Shown one piece after another: positions 39,889 through 50,666 of a DNA stretch of 64,000 bases. The notes beneath the pieces were generated by a model. The model saw only the letters and a list, made by a program, of their open reading frames with translations, was not told the origin of the DNA and searched no databases. This DNA is from a bacterium (GTDB lineage Bacteria > Zhuqueibacterota > Zhuqueibacteria > Residuimicrobiales > Krinioviventaceae). The first letter of the stretch is position 1. Every line of letters starts with the position of its first letter. Both the position numbers and the translations under genes were made by a program. The stretch is from NCBI GenBank assembly GCA_963674595.2, contig CAXXFV010000008.1, forward strand, positions 96,001 through 160,000, in the 5' to 3' direction.

Positions 39889-40824
39889 GTGAAATTAAAT
39901 AAAATATTGGGGATTTATAACCGTTTGTTTGTTTTGTGGGTTATATTGGGAGGTGCTGCTGCTTTTTGGTTTCCCGGATTTTTTATCCCGCTAAAAGGGG
40001 GGATGGAGTGGTTTTTTGCTGTGACCATGTTGGGTGTCGGCATGGTGTTGGACCCGGTGGATTTTAAAAATATTTTCCGTAATTATAAAGTTGTTATTGT
40101 TGGTGTTGTTGCCCAGTTTACCATTATGCCTGTTTCAGCTTATTTAGTAGCAAAACTTTTTTCTTTTTCAAAAGAATTTTCACTGGGTCTTATTCTTGCC
40201 GGTTCTGCTCCCGGGGCCATGGCCAGTAATGTGCTGAGTTATTTGGCCGGGGCTGATGTTGCCTATTCTGTTTCATTAACCACAGCCTCAACATTATTGG
40301 CGCCGGTGTTAACGCCGTTATTAACGTTATCTCTGGCTCATACAATTTTGGAAATCCCTTTTTGGGCCATGTTCCTCAGTGTAACAAAAATGGTGCTGCT
40401 GCCTCTTCTCATTGGACTGGGATTGAAAGCCTGGCTGAATGAGAGAGTAGAGCCGATTACCAAAGTTTTCCCGGCTGTTTCAACAACCTTTATTGCTTTT
40501 ATTTGTGCTTTGGTCATTGCGCTGAATAAAGCTTTTATATTACAAATAAATTTATGGATATTTATTGCAGCTATTGTTTTAAACCTTATGGGATTAACCT
40601 TGGGCTATCTCACCGGAAGATTTTTCAAATTTGATTTGTTAAAAAAGAGAGCATTGGCGATAGAAATTGGTATGCAAAATGCCGGTTTGGGAAGTGTGCT
40701 GGCATTAAAACATTTTAATGAACGAACCGCCTTACCGGCTGTTATATTTGTTTTTGTATGTATCTTTAGCGCCTCGATTTTGGTGCAAATTTGGTCCAAA
40801 GACCGAAAAGAAAACCAGGTTTAA
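39889..40824 (+). CDS. Bile acid:sodium symporter (BASS) family protein
   Basis: AQFTIMP, PGAMASNV, STLLAPVLTP, IEIGMQNAGL. Confidence 0.9.
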   Translation: MKLNKILGIYNRLFVLWVILGGAAAFWFPGFFIPLKGGMEWFFAVTMLGVGMVLDPVDFKNIFRNYKVVIVGVVAQFTIMPVSAYLVAKLFSFSKEFSLGLILAGSAPGAMASNVLSYLAGADVAYSVSLTTASTLLAPVLTPLLTLSLAHTILEIPFWAMFLSVTKMVLLPLLIGLGLKAWLNERVEPITKVFPAVSTTFIAFICALVIALNKAFILQINLWIFIAAIVLNLMGLTLGYLTGRFFKFDLLKKRALAIEIGMQNAGLGSVLALKHFNERTALPAVIFVFVCIFSASILVQIWSKDRKENQV

Positions 40825-40841
40825 CAGAAAGGCATATTTTT

Positions 40842-41876
40842 ATGAAAGCAATGGTTCTTGAAAAAATTGTTGATTTGTCTGAAAATCATGAGCCATTAAA
40901 ACTTGTAGAGTTTGAAACGCCCAGGCCGCGTGAAAATGAAATTCTGATAAAAATCAGCGCCAGTGGTGTCTGTCATACGGAACTGGATGAAATTGAAGGA
41001 CGAACAGCCCCTCCTGAATTTCCGGTTATTCCGGGGCATCAGGTCGTTGGTCGTGTTGTTGAATGTGGGCACAATGTTACAAAATGGCAAGTGGGTGATC
41101 GGGTTGGTGTCGCGTGGATATTTTCTGCTTGCGGTGTTTGTGAATATTGCCGGTCAGGAAACGAAAACCTTTGTCCGGATTTTATCGCAACGGGAAGAGA
41201 TGTGAACGGCGGATATTCAGAGCTTATGACTGTTGGTGAAAACTTTGCCTACCGCATTCCGGATGCTTTTTCAGATGTAATGGCGGCGCCCTTGTTATGT
41301 GCCGGGGCTATCGGCTATCGGTCGTTACGTTTGGCCGAATTAAAAAACGGTCAGAATTTAGGTTTGACGGGATTTGGGGCATCCGCACATCTTGTACTTA
41401 AACTTGTTCGATATAAATACCCCGATGCTAACGTTTTTGTCTTTGCCCGAAGTCCGCAGGAGCGGGAATTCGCCAGGGAGTTGGGAGCTGTTTGGGCCGG
41501 TGATACCCTGGAACATTCACCTGAATTGTTGAACAGTATTATTGATACAACACCTGTCTGGTCCCCTGTTGTAGAGGGTATGAAAAATCTAAAACCGGGT
41601 GGTCGGATGGTTATTAATGCTATTCGTAAAGAATCTGTTGATATTGAAAAATTGTTACAGCTTGATTACCCGACACATTTGTGGATGGAAAAAGAGATAA
41701 AAAGTGTAGCAAATGTGGCTGGAAAAGATGTATCGGAATTTTTGGAAATTGCCGCTAAAATTCCTATTCAGCCTGAAGTGCAAACTTTTTCACTTGAGGA
41801 AGCAAATAAAGCGTTGCTGGAACTTAAACAACGTAAAATTCGAGGTGCTAAAGTTCTGGTTATTGATCCGGATTAA
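40842..41876 (+). CDS. Zinc-dependent alcohol dehydrogenase family protein
   Basis: GVCHTE, GHQVVG, CGVCEYCRSGNENLC, PLLCAG, GFGASAH; ATG 40842 preferred. Confidence 0.9.
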   Translation: MKAMVLEKIVDLSENHEPLKLVEFETPRPRENEILIKISASGVCHTELDEIEGRTAPPEFPVIPGHQVVGRVVECGHNVTKWQVGDRVGVAWIFSACGVCEYCRSGNENLCPDFIATGRDVNGGYSELMTVGENFAYRIPDAFSDVMAAPLLCAGAIGYRSLRLAELKNGQNLGLTGFGASAHLVLKLVRYKYPDANVFVFARSPQEREFARELGAVWAGDTLEHSPELLNSIIDTTPVWSPVVEGMKNLKPGGRMVINAIRKESVDIEKLLQLDYPTHLWMEKEIKSVANVAGKDVSEFLEIAAKIPIQPEVQTFSLEEANKALLELKQRKIRGAKVLVIDPD

Positions 41877-41891
41877 ATTTCAGGAGGTTTT

Positions 41892-42533
41892 ATGATTGTT
41901 AAACAGTTTTCAACCGGTGGTGATCGTAATTTTGGTTATTTAATTGCCGATGACAAGACCCGACAGGCTGTGGTTGTCGATCCTTCTTATTCACCGGATA
42001 AAATCGTAAAATATGCCGATGAAAATAATTTTAAAATTGTTTATGTATTCTATACTCATGATCATTTCGATCATACAAACGGCAATGAAACAATAAAACG
42101 ATTGACCGGTTGTGAACCTTTGGGATATGGCTCTGTTGAACCGACAACCGGCATAAAAATAGTTGAGATGGCCAGATTGTCCCTGGGAGAGTTATCTATT
42201 AAAGTTTTCCATACGCCCGGCCACACGCAGGATTCGATTTGTATTTTAATTGATGATGCCGTGTTTACCGGTGACACGTTGTTTGTCGGCAAAGTGGGTG
42301 GGACTGATTATGGTGAACAGGCCTGGCAAGAGTATAATTCACTACATAAAAAACTAATGTCGCTGCCTGATGAGACCAAAGTGTATCCCGGACATGATTA
42401 CGGAACTGCACCCGAATCAACCATTAAGCATGAAAAAGAAACAAATCCTTTTATTATTCAAAAAGATTTTGATGCTTTTGTCAATTTAAAAAAGAACTGG
42501 CTTGATTATAAAAGGGAGCATGGTATAAAATAA
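41892..42533 (+). CDS. MBL-fold hydrolase (glyoxalase II-like)
   Basis: THDHFDH, HTPGHT, FTGDTLF, YPGHDY; AGGAGG RBS. Confidence 0.88.
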   Translation: MIVKQFSTGGDRNFGYLIADDKTRQAVVVDPSYSPDKIVKYADENNFKIVYVFYTHDHFDHTNGNETIKRLTGCEPLGYGSVEPTTGIKIVEMARLSLGELSIKVFHTPGHTQDSICILIDDAVFTGDTLFVGKVGGTDYGEQAWQEYNSLHKKLMSLPDETKVYPGHDYGTAPESTIKHEKETNPFIIQKDFDAFVNLKKNWLDYKREHGIK

Positions 42534-42576
42534 GTTGATTTTTACCACATAACTCTTTTTATAACCTTACATCAAC

Positions 42577-45408
42577 TTATGGCCGGATTTCCAGTTCAAA
42601 AATTTCCTGTTTTTCTTTCAGGTCTATATTAAAATCATCTGCTTTTAAAAATGATCCGTTTGCGATCAGGAGGCTTTTTAAGCCTTTTTCGTCTTTGCGC
42701 AGCCAGCATAATTCAGCGTCTGTTTCCAGGCCAAGTTCTTTCAGGAACACATAATTCTGCTGATTAAAATCCGGAAGCTCATGTTTCGGATTTTCAACAT
42801 CCATAGCAATAATGTAATCCGTTAAATTGTTTTTTAATTCAATTTTAACGGCAACATTCATATCATTATATAATTTGTTCTTTTTTGTTCCAATGGGCAA
42901 CCTTGAAATGGTTTTTATGTTTGAAACTGTGTTTAAGGGTTCCATTACGCTTACAAAACAGGATGACAGAGGTTGGGAACTGCTTTTTCGGCGTATCATA
43001 AGACTTTTAATCCAGTCTTCTTTACCATCAAAACCAAACGCAATCCATGTGTTTGCTGTTGAGGCGCTTGCGTTATGGGTGAGGTCGGTGTATTGTAAAC
43101 GGATGTCCGCATCGTTTTTTAAGTAATGATAATAATCATCAAATTTCCATGTGGCCTGCCAGGCTGCAGGAGGAGTTGGATCTATTTTAAAATCCTTCAT
43201 AAGGGTTTGCTCGTTATATATTTCACAAGGCTGTAATTTGAGTCTGGGTGTTTCAAGTTCGCCAAGAAAACCATGAACAAATTTTGCATGGTCAGTGCCG
43301 CCAACAACACGAAAAGTATCAAAAACATAAGAGTCTTTGTCTGAAATATCCACCAGCATGACGGTCCGCTCATATTGTTGAGTATTTTCTTCTTCTGAAA
43401 TATTTTTTCCGGTTGCACGAACTGCCTGGGCTGTTTTACCAATGGCCCATAGTGTTGATTTCCCGGCTCTATGTCGTTTTAAGGGATTTAACAATACGCT
43501 CATGGGGTCTGTTTCATCCCCACCAATATCTATCATCTGATCTTTCTGGTCCACAACAACGGTGTTATGCGATGCTGTCTTGCGATACCACTTTGCTTCC
43601 GGTGTGTGCCAGCCGCCAAACTGAACCGGCGGGTAGCCAAACCCTGGCATAATATCCAAACCTTTGGCAATCAAACCGATATTCATGGCATCTGCATGAC
43701 AATGATTACCTCCATTATCATAATCCAGCCAAACAGCGCGTGTATCATCACCAATACCGGATTTTAAAATAGCCAGGCACCATTCCTGCATATTGATCGA
43801 TTTTGTGTTGACTTTCGTCCCATATTTCATAACAGCTTTTGTGACAGCCTGTTGAAAGGCGGTCGTGTCTGTTGCAAAAACATCATAGGGGAGTCCTTTT
43901 ACGCTGAAATTATTTGCTTTATATATTAGCTGCATGTAAACCGGGTCTTTGGTGATTTCGTATAATTTTTTAAATAATGTAAAGTCAGAAGTAAAATAAA
44001 AATCGCGAAAATTATTTACAGAGATTTTGTTAAATGCCGCCCCCATATATGTTTCCGTCTTTTGACCAAAACGTCCGGTGTCACCGACTCGGGGATAGTA
44101 TTCTTCATTGACCCATGTGTCCACGTGAAAGCGAAATGTTTTATATAGATTAGGATGTCTTTTTAACAATGTTTCCAGCAATGTAGAATCTAAACGACTA
44201 AATATTGACAACGCACCGGCTATCGTTCTGGGAGCAATTGTCGCATATCCGGCCAGCCCTTTTTCCCCGCTAACGCCATCCACAGCAGAAACTTTATTAA
44301 ACATGTTATCCAGGACTTGCATCACCTGGTCCTTATTTTGCGGCCATTCCATAATTGTTGTCAAGGTAACAAGTGTTAAATCTGTTTGTGGAAAGTTACT
44401 TTCGATTTTATATCGGTGGTTAATAACGTCTTTAAAAAGCCGGGTTTCTATATTTTTTTGAACGAGTTCGAAAGATGTTTTTGGATTATCCAGTTTATAG
44501 GTTTTTGCCTTTTGGGATAAAAAAGCAACCAATTCGGCATCATCTTTAATGGCATCAAATATCTGGTCATACGCTAAAGCCAGTGCTCTGGTTTCCATGC
44601 AGGCATCGTGCCATACGGACACATAACCAGCCTGTTTCAAAGAGTCTTGTTTTTCATAGCTGAAACCCTGAGTGCCAAAGCTAAAATCCGGGTACAAATC
44701 AGCAATTCTGTCTAACAAAATGGCTGCTTTATGAGCATATTGCCGGTCACCTGTTACCGCATATGCTTGTGCTAAATTATACACACCTTGTACTATTAAT
44801 TTTTTCCATTGCCCGTAGATTAAATAGGCACCGATAAACCGCCAACGTTTGCCTCCCATAACAAAACCTTCTCCATCATCTACGCCAAATTTATAAAGGC
44901 TGTCTGAAGGAGTCGGATGTTCTTCATTAAAAAGTAATGAGCGGTCTGCCAGTGAAGGATCAAAAATGCCGTGCTCATTCATTCCCGATGTGTAATAGGA
45001 GTAAAAATCATTTTTTGGGAAAAATTCCTTACAATGTGGACATTCTACTTTCCAGGGGTGTTGAAAAGGATCGATAATCCATGCATACATTTTTACAGGT
45101 TCATGGCATGCCGGACACCAACCGTCCGACCAGACCATCCAGGAACGTGAAATATCGGGACCAAAGCCGGCGTTCCAAAGTTCATCATCCGACAGGGGCA
45201 TCCACGGACCAGCCGCTTCCACGCATTTGTTTTTAAACTCGTTAACCCAGGGATTGTTTTGAATGTTTTTTTGCAGCAATTTTGAATATTGCGGAGGGAA
45301 AAAAACAGATGAATTTTTCATGGGTTCGCTTTTAACTTGCCCACTTGAAAGTAAAATTATACTGCATAAAATTACCAGAGTATGATGAAATATACCAGAC
45401 AAACCCAT
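42577..45408 (-). CDS. Large heparinase II/III-like protein with an N-terminal CxxC pair
   Basis: ATG 45408 with AAGGGAG RBS and signal peptide; YAHKAAILLDRIA; NHCHADAMN; TASHNTVVVD. Confidence 0.7.
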   Translation of the reverse strand: MGLSGIFHHTLVILCSIILLSSGQVKSEPMKNSSVFFPPQYSKLLQKNIQNNPWVNEFKNKCVEAAGPWMPLSDDELWNAGFGPDISRSWMVWSDGWCPACHEPVKMYAWIIDPFQHPWKVECPHCKEFFPKNDFYSYYTSGMNEHGIFDPSLADRSLLFNEEHPTPSDSLYKFGVDDGEGFVMGGKRWRFIGAYLIYGQWKKLIVQGVYNLAQAYAVTGDRQYAHKAAILLDRIADLYPDFSFGTQGFSYEKQDSLKQAGYVSVWHDACMETRALALAYDQIFDAIKDDAELVAFLSQKAKTYKLDNPKTSFELVQKNIETRLFKDVINHRYKIESNFPQTDLTLVTLTTIMEWPQNKDQVMQVLDNMFNKVSAVDGVSGEKGLAGYATIAPRTIAGALSIFSRLDSTLLETLLKRHPNLYKTFRFHVDTWVNEEYYPRVGDTGRFGQKTETYMGAAFNKISVNNFRDFYFTSDFTLFKKLYEITKDPVYMQLIYKANNFSVKGLPYDVFATDTTAFQQAVTKAVMKYGTKVNTKSINMQEWCLAILKSGIGDDTRAVWLDYDNGGNHCHADAMNIGLIAKGLDIMPGFGYPPVQFGGWHTPEAKWYRKTASHNTVVVDQKDQMIDIGGDETDPMSVLLNPLKRHRAGKSTLWAIGKTAQAVRATGKNISEEENTQQYERTVMLVDISDKDSYVFDTFRVVGGTDHAKFVHGFLGELETPRLKLQPCEIYNEQTLMKDFKIDPTPPAAWQATWKFDDYYHYLKNDADIRLQYTDLTHNASASTANTWIAFGFDGKEDWIKSLMIRRKSSSQPLSSCFVSVMEPLNTVSNIKTISRLPIGTKKNKLYNDMNVAVKIELKNNLTDYIIAMDVENPKHELPDFNQQNYVFLKELGLETDAELCWLRKDEKGLKSLLIANGSFLKADDFNIDLKEKQEIFELEIRP

Positions 45409-45501
45409 TGCAACTCCCTTGTCTAAGATGTTACGCTCCAGTGATTTGACAGGATATTTTACGTAAATTTTCAATAAAAGACAAGGTTTTGAATAAACCG
45501 A

Positions 45502-46611
45502 TCAAAATTTATTGTGTTTGCCTGGGAACACTATGGTAAATTTGGCGCCATTTTCCGACTCTACCGTTAATTCACCCTCAAGCTGAATGGCTAACTGCGA
45601 TACCAATTTCATGCCGAGTGTGTTTAAATTATTCATATCAAATTCTTTAGGTAATCCTTTTCCGTTGTCGGCAACAGATAGGCTTATCTGTTTATCATCT
45701 GTTTTTTCAAACTTGATTTCAATTGTTCCTTTTTGTTCTTCGCCAAATGCATATTTAAATGCGTTGGAAACAAGTTCATTGATAACCAGTCCGCATGGCA
45801 CGGCTAAATCGGTTGGCAAGTGAATATCATCTATATACATATCAATATTTATTTTTTGAAGATCAGCTTTATAAATATTAAGCAAGCTTTGTATCAGGTT
45901 TATCATATATTCCCGGATGCCAAAATCCGTTAAATTTTTTGATTGATACAATTTTTCATGAACCAGGGCCATAGATTGAATGCGAGCCTGACTTTCCTTG
46001 AACACATTTTTTATTTCCTGGTTTTTTATAGTTTTTGATTGCAGTTCAAGTAAACTTGACACAACCATAAAGTTGTTTTTGACCCGATGATGAATCTCCT
46101 TGTTCAGCATTTCCTTTTCCTGCAATAACAAATTGTTTTCATCCAAAGTTGCTTTTAATCTTTTTTCAATACTTTTACGGATTTTAATTTCATGCAAAAG
46201 TTCATTGTTGAGTTTGGTCAGCTCTTTAATATCTTTATTTCTGGCTATGGCAATAGTTATCGCCTTTTCGATTTCACCCGGTTTTGGGGGTTTTGTTAAA
46301 TAAGCACCGACGCCATTTCTACCCGCTTTTTCAACAAGTTCAGAGGATTCATGCGCCGTTAGGACAACAATTGGGGTTGCACTTTTTTCATAAATAATTT
46401 TAGAGGCTTCCAAACCATCTAATACAGGCATGTGAATATCCATTAATACAACATCAGGCTTAAATTTTTCAACCATATCAATTGCTTCCGCCCCATCTAC
46501 TGCTTCTCCGACAATTTCAAAACCTATAATTTTTAGAGCTCTTTTAATCTCTTCTGCAACCAGATAATCATCTTCTGCAATTAATACTTTATATTTATTT
46601 TGGGCTGACAT
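45502..46611 (-). CDS. Hybrid receiver-HisKA_2 histidine kinase
   Basis: AEDD, LMDIHMP, LTA, YLTKP; EIHHRVKNN; NELVSNAFKYAF; DNGKG. Confidence 0.9.
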   Translation of the reverse strand: MSAQNKYKVLIAEDDYLVAEEIKRALKIIGFEIVGEAVDGAEAIDMVEKFKPDVVLMDIHMPVLDGLEASKIIYEKSATPIVVLTAHESSELVEKAGRNGVGAYLTKPPKPGEIEKAITIAIARNKDIKELTKLNNELLHEIKIRKSIEKRLKATLDENNLLLQEKEMLNKEIHHRVKNNFMVVSSLLELQSKTIKNQEIKNVFKESQARIQSMALVHEKLYQSKNLTDFGIREYMINLIQSLLNIYKADLQKINIDMYIDDIHLPTDLAVPCGLVINELVSNAFKYAFGEEQKGTIEIKFEKTDDKQISLSVADNGKGLPKEFDMNNLNTLGMKLVSQLAIQLEGELTVESENGAKFTIVFPGKHNKF

Positions 46612-46620
46612 GAATTTTCC

Positions 46621-49600
46621 TTAAATACTTTGATAGGGAAATGTGATTTTAACAGATGCACCTTTTCTATTGGATATTTTAACCTGGCCTCTCATGTTTT
46701 TGGTTATAATCCCTCTTATCAGTTCAAATCCAATGTTGTCATATTCAGTTTCTAAAGAAAGCATTTTAACTGGGAAGCCGGGACCGTCATCTTTATAGCT
46801 CAGAACAAGTTTATCTTTCGAGTTTTTAATATCAACTTTAATTTCAAGCTGGTCTTTTTCTTGTATGGCATGTTTAATTGTATTGGTTGTGAGTTCATTT
46901 AAAACAAGAGTTAAATTATGCGCCTGATCACTGGTTACTTTAACATTCGATGGGGTGACATTTACGTAGACGGATTTTGTCAACGGCAATCCCTGCAGGG
47001 CTCCTTTAATAATTTGTTCGCATAAATGATCCAATTTCAGAGGATGCCATTTCATAGACGATAATAAACTATGTACAGTGGCCAAACCCTGAATTCGGCC
47101 GATTAATCCTTCCAGCATTGGTAAATTTTTTATATAGTCTTTGTCATGCATTTTTTCTTGTTCTTTGTGAAGCATGCTGATAATAGCAGACAAGTTGTTT
47201 TTAACTCTGTGGTTGACTTCTTTTAATAATACGGATTGTGTTTCAACCAACTCTTTCATTTTCTGTTCATTATTTTTTCTTTCCGTAATATCTCTTACAT
47301 TTGCCAGTACAACATCCTTTTCATTAAATGAAATTTTTCTGAGAAAAACTTCAACATCAAACAGGTGTTGATCATGAGGTCGTTTTGCTTTCCATTCAAA
47401 AAAATGTGGTTTACCATTAACAACTTGTTTCCATATAGTCGGTAATGTCTTTAAAGGATTATCTTTACTGGAATAATCTTCAATTGAATACTTGATCGCT
47501 TCATCACGATTTACTTTATATAGTTTTAACATTGATTCATTGACATCCAGAACGTTTCCCTGCATGTCATGTATAAATATGGCATCATATACACTGTTGA
47601 CAATTCTTTTAAAACGTTCCTCAGAATTTTTTAACGCTATCTCTGCACGAATTTTTTCTGTGATGTCGCGAAAAAACCAGACTCGATTTTCGTTGTTTTT
47701 TAAAGGAAGATAGGTGGTTTTTCGTTCAACAAGGCGTCCATCTGTAAATTTTAATAAATCATCATAGTTTTTGGTTGTACTATAAATTTCATTTATTTTT
47801 TGACGAAAATTTTTGGAATCTATTATATTTTTATCAGCATAGTCCAATAAATTTATGTCATTATTTGTTGCGAGGATATCTTCAGGGATACCCCAGATTT
47901 CTGCAAAGCGACGGTTATAATGGGAGATTTGTCTGTTTTTTCCAATTACCAAAACGCCGTCTTCTGTTGATTCCAGTGCTGCCTTTAAAATTGCCTGATT
48001 TTCTTCAAGTTGTGCTTTCATTTTATTACGTTCGGAGATATCACGAACAATCGCCAAAATATATTGTTGTTCCCAAAAGTTTATAATGTTCAAGCTTACT
48101 TCTGTTTGAAACTCACAACCATCAGATTTGATATGGGTCCATTCAAATATTTTTGATTGTTCATTTAAAACATCGTTTATATAATTTTTTGTTTTCTGTT
48201 TTGATTTTAGTCCATCTGGTTGTAGCGTGGGGGAGATATTGTCTACTAACTTTCCAACAAGTTTATTTTTAGGCAGATCGAACATATGGCATGTCTGGTC
48301 GTTACAGTCGATAATTCTTGTCTGAGTGTCAATAATGAATATAGCATCATTGGCTGATTCAAACAGCACGCGGTACTGCTGTTCACTTTTTATCAGGGCT
48401 TTTTCTGCTTTGATCCTATCTGTTATATTTAAATGCATTAACACAATACTTCTCGCCTTGCCCTCATAATCCATTAAAGGATACACAAACGTATTTAATG
48501 TTCTGGGTTCTCCCGGATTATTGGATTTTTGTGGATCATAGTAAAGCTCGGAAAATTGTGTCGCCTTGCCATTTTGTGCGTTTTTAAAAGCATCGTGCAA
48601 ACCGAGTTGTTTTGCCTGGGGATCTTTAAATATATTATATTTTCCAATCAATTCCATACGGTTGTCAATTCCCCAAAGTTCTCCCCAGGCTTTATTATTT
48701 TGAATCATTGTTCCATCGAGAGCATGAATGTCAATTGCAAGAGGTGATTGGTCCATCAGCATTTTTAAATTTTGTTCATTCTCTCTAATTTTATTTTCAA
48801 TATTTTTTTGTTCTGTAATGTCATGTGCAATTGCATAGAGAAGTCCTTTTTTAACAACTGGAAAAGTGTTCCATGAAATCCATCGGTATGTGCCGTCTTT
48901 ACATAGATATCGGTTGACAAATTTTATAACATTTTGTCCTTTTGTTAATTGTTTACCGGCATTTATTGTATCTTGTTTATCATCCTCATGGACAAAATCT
49001 ATCCAGGGTTTTGATAAAAGTGTTTCTTTATCCCAACCTAATATCTTTGTCCATGTCTCATTTATTTGTAAAAAATAACCTTCAAAATTTGCAATACATA
49101 ACATATCGATAGACAGTTCAAAAAAGAGGTTTCGTTCCTCTTTGATTTGTTCATAAGCTTCTTTGGTATTTTTCTTTTCTGTAATATCACGGGTGACGCC
49201 TAAAAATCCGATTAATTCACCATTTGTATTTTTCAAAAAATTAATTTTGGTCTCAGTCCAAATAGTTGATCCGTTTTTACAGGGTTGTTCGAGCTCCAAT
49301 AATACATAGGGTGGTAAAGTAGTATTTGATTGTTGTAAATTATAAATTTTTGCTAGTGTGTCTTTTACCTTGTTGTAAGAGTCGGGGGTGAGTTTCTGTT
49401 CCAGTTTGTGAGATAATATTTCTTCCGGTTTATATCCTCGTTGCTTTTCTATAGATGGGCTTACATAGGTAACTTTACCATTGAGATCAGTGGTCCAAAT
49501 TACATCAGAAACGTTTTCGGCCAGTAAACGGTATTTTGTTTCCTGTTCAATCAAGTTCTTTTTTTGAATATTTAATTCTTTAATCGTTTTTTCAAGCTCT

Positions 49601-50517
49601 TTGGTTCTTGTTTTTATTTGTTTTTCTAAACTAGTCGTCAGTTGTTTGACTTTTTTTTCAGCTTTGACTTGCTCTGTAATATCGACCGTATTTATATAAA
49701 TATATGGTTTATTATTTGTATGTATGCGGCAAATAGCTGAAGATTGAATATAGACGATGCCTTTGATTTTGTGTAAAAATCGAACTCTTATTGTTTTAAG
49801 GACATTGGGATTGTTCAAAAGAGTTTGAAGAAATTCATGAGCGAGTTTTTGATCGTTTGAGTGTAGAAAATTTACCACACATTTATTTATAATTTCCTTA
49901 TCACTATAACCAAATGTGTCTTTAAATGAAGGGCTGTGGTATATAGAGTTTTCATTTTCATCGATGATTGTAAGAATATGGGTTGAATTTTTTACGATAG
50001 ATTGATAATCTGGTTGATCGACATTTGGAACAGATATAGCTGTTGGATTTTCTTTTGGGGTTGCCGAATCGATATTATTTAAATCATTCGATTCCTGCCA
50101 TTGTGAAGTGAGTCCCATTTCAATTCGGTCAAAGCACCAATTCAGTATTGCGTAATACTTGCTATTTATTTCTTCTAATTCCGAGTTAATTAGATTCAGA
50201 ATTATTTGTTTGAAACATTTAAGTACACGAAATTGATTTGTTTTTGTCATCTGCCTGACAAATGGCTGCTGTAAATATGTTTTACCAAAATCAACCAATG
50301 GATCTTGATAGATTTGGACCGCTGGAATCAGCTTGTGATATCCCTTATTTTGTTTAATGCTTATTATTAATGCCTGGAAAAGTTTGTCGGATATTGAGTT
50401 CCATGCGGAGTCAATTGTTTCATAGACAGGAATACATCCGTGTTGTTGAGCAAAATCAAGGGTGTTTTTACTTGTTGTTTTTTGGTTTTTTTTTAATAAA
50501 GTGACAAGACTTTCCAT
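46621..50517 (-). CDS. Cytoplasmic multi-PAS (about 7) HisKA_2 histidine kinase
   Basis: Seven PAS/PAC units ending in DITE/DISE-like motifs; EVNHRVKNNL; NELTTNTIKHA; DDGPG. Confidence 0.9.
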   Translation of the reverse strand: MESLVTLLKKNQKTTSKNTLDFAQQHGCIPVYETIDSAWNSISDKLFQALIISIKQNKGYHKLIPAVQIYQDPLVDFGKTYLQQPFVRQMTKTNQFRVLKCFKQIILNLINSELEEINSKYYAILNWCFDRIEMGLTSQWQESNDLNNIDSATPKENPTAISVPNVDQPDYQSIVKNSTHILTIIDENENSIYHSPSFKDTFGYSDKEIINKCVVNFLHSNDQKLAHEFLQTLLNNPNVLKTIRVRFLHKIKGIVYIQSSAICRIHTNNKPYIYINTVDITEQVKAEKKVKQLTTSLEKQIKTRTKELEKTIKELNIQKKNLIEQETKYRLLAENVSDVIWTTDLNGKVTYVSPSIEKQRGYKPEEILSHKLEQKLTPDSYNKVKDTLAKIYNLQQSNTTLPPYVLLELEQPCKNGSTIWTETKINFLKNTNGELIGFLGVTRDITEKKNTKEAYEQIKEERNLFFELSIDMLCIANFEGYFLQINETWTKILGWDKETLLSKPWIDFVHEDDKQDTINAGKQLTKGQNVIKFVNRYLCKDGTYRWISWNTFPVVKKGLLYAIAHDITEQKNIENKIRENEQNLKMLMDQSPLAIDIHALDGTMIQNNKAWGELWGIDNRMELIGKYNIFKDPQAKQLGLHDAFKNAQNGKATQFSELYYDPQKSNNPGEPRTLNTFVYPLMDYEGKARSIVLMHLNITDRIKAEKALIKSEQQYRVLFESANDAIFIIDTQTRIIDCNDQTCHMFDLPKNKLVGKLVDNISPTLQPDGLKSKQKTKNYINDVLNEQSKIFEWTHIKSDGCEFQTEVSLNIINFWEQQYILAIVRDISERNKMKAQLEENQAILKAALESTEDGVLVIGKNRQISHYNRRFAEIWGIPEDILATNNDINLLDYADKNIIDSKNFRQKINEIYSTTKNYDDLLKFTDGRLVERKTTYLPLKNNENRVWFFRDITEKIRAEIALKNSEERFKRIVNSVYDAIFIHDMQGNVLDVNESMLKLYKVNRDEAIKYSIEDYSSKDNPLKTLPTIWKQVVNGKPHFFEWKAKRPHDQHLFDVEVFLRKISFNEKDVVLANVRDITERKNNEQKMKELVETQSVLLKEVNHRVKNNLSAIISMLHKEQEKMHDKDYIKNLPMLEGLIGRIQGLATVHSLLSSMKWHPLKLDHLCEQIIKGALQGLPLTKSVYVNVTPSNVKVTSDQAHNLTLVLNELTTNTIKHAIQEKDQLEIKVDIKNSKDKLVLSYKDDGPGFPVKMLSLETEYDNIGFELIRGIITKNMRGQVKISNRKGASVKITFPYQSI

Positions 50518-50565
50518 CTTGGATGACTCCGAGAACTTTGAACAATCGTTTGCCTTTAAGTGATT

Positions 50566-50658
50566 AAAAAAATGCTCCTTCTGCAGAATATATTATATAC
50601 CTCATATTAATTAAACATAAATATAGCACACATTAAAACCAAGCCTGCAAAAGGAGCA
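50566..50658 (-). terminator. Long-loop terminator-like hairpin after the MCP
   Basis: Minus strand reads TGCTCCTTTTGCAG...58 nt...CTGCAGAAGGAGCA then T7; the single mismatch is a U-G pair on this strand. Confidence 0.55.
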
Positions 50659-50666
50659 ATATATAT

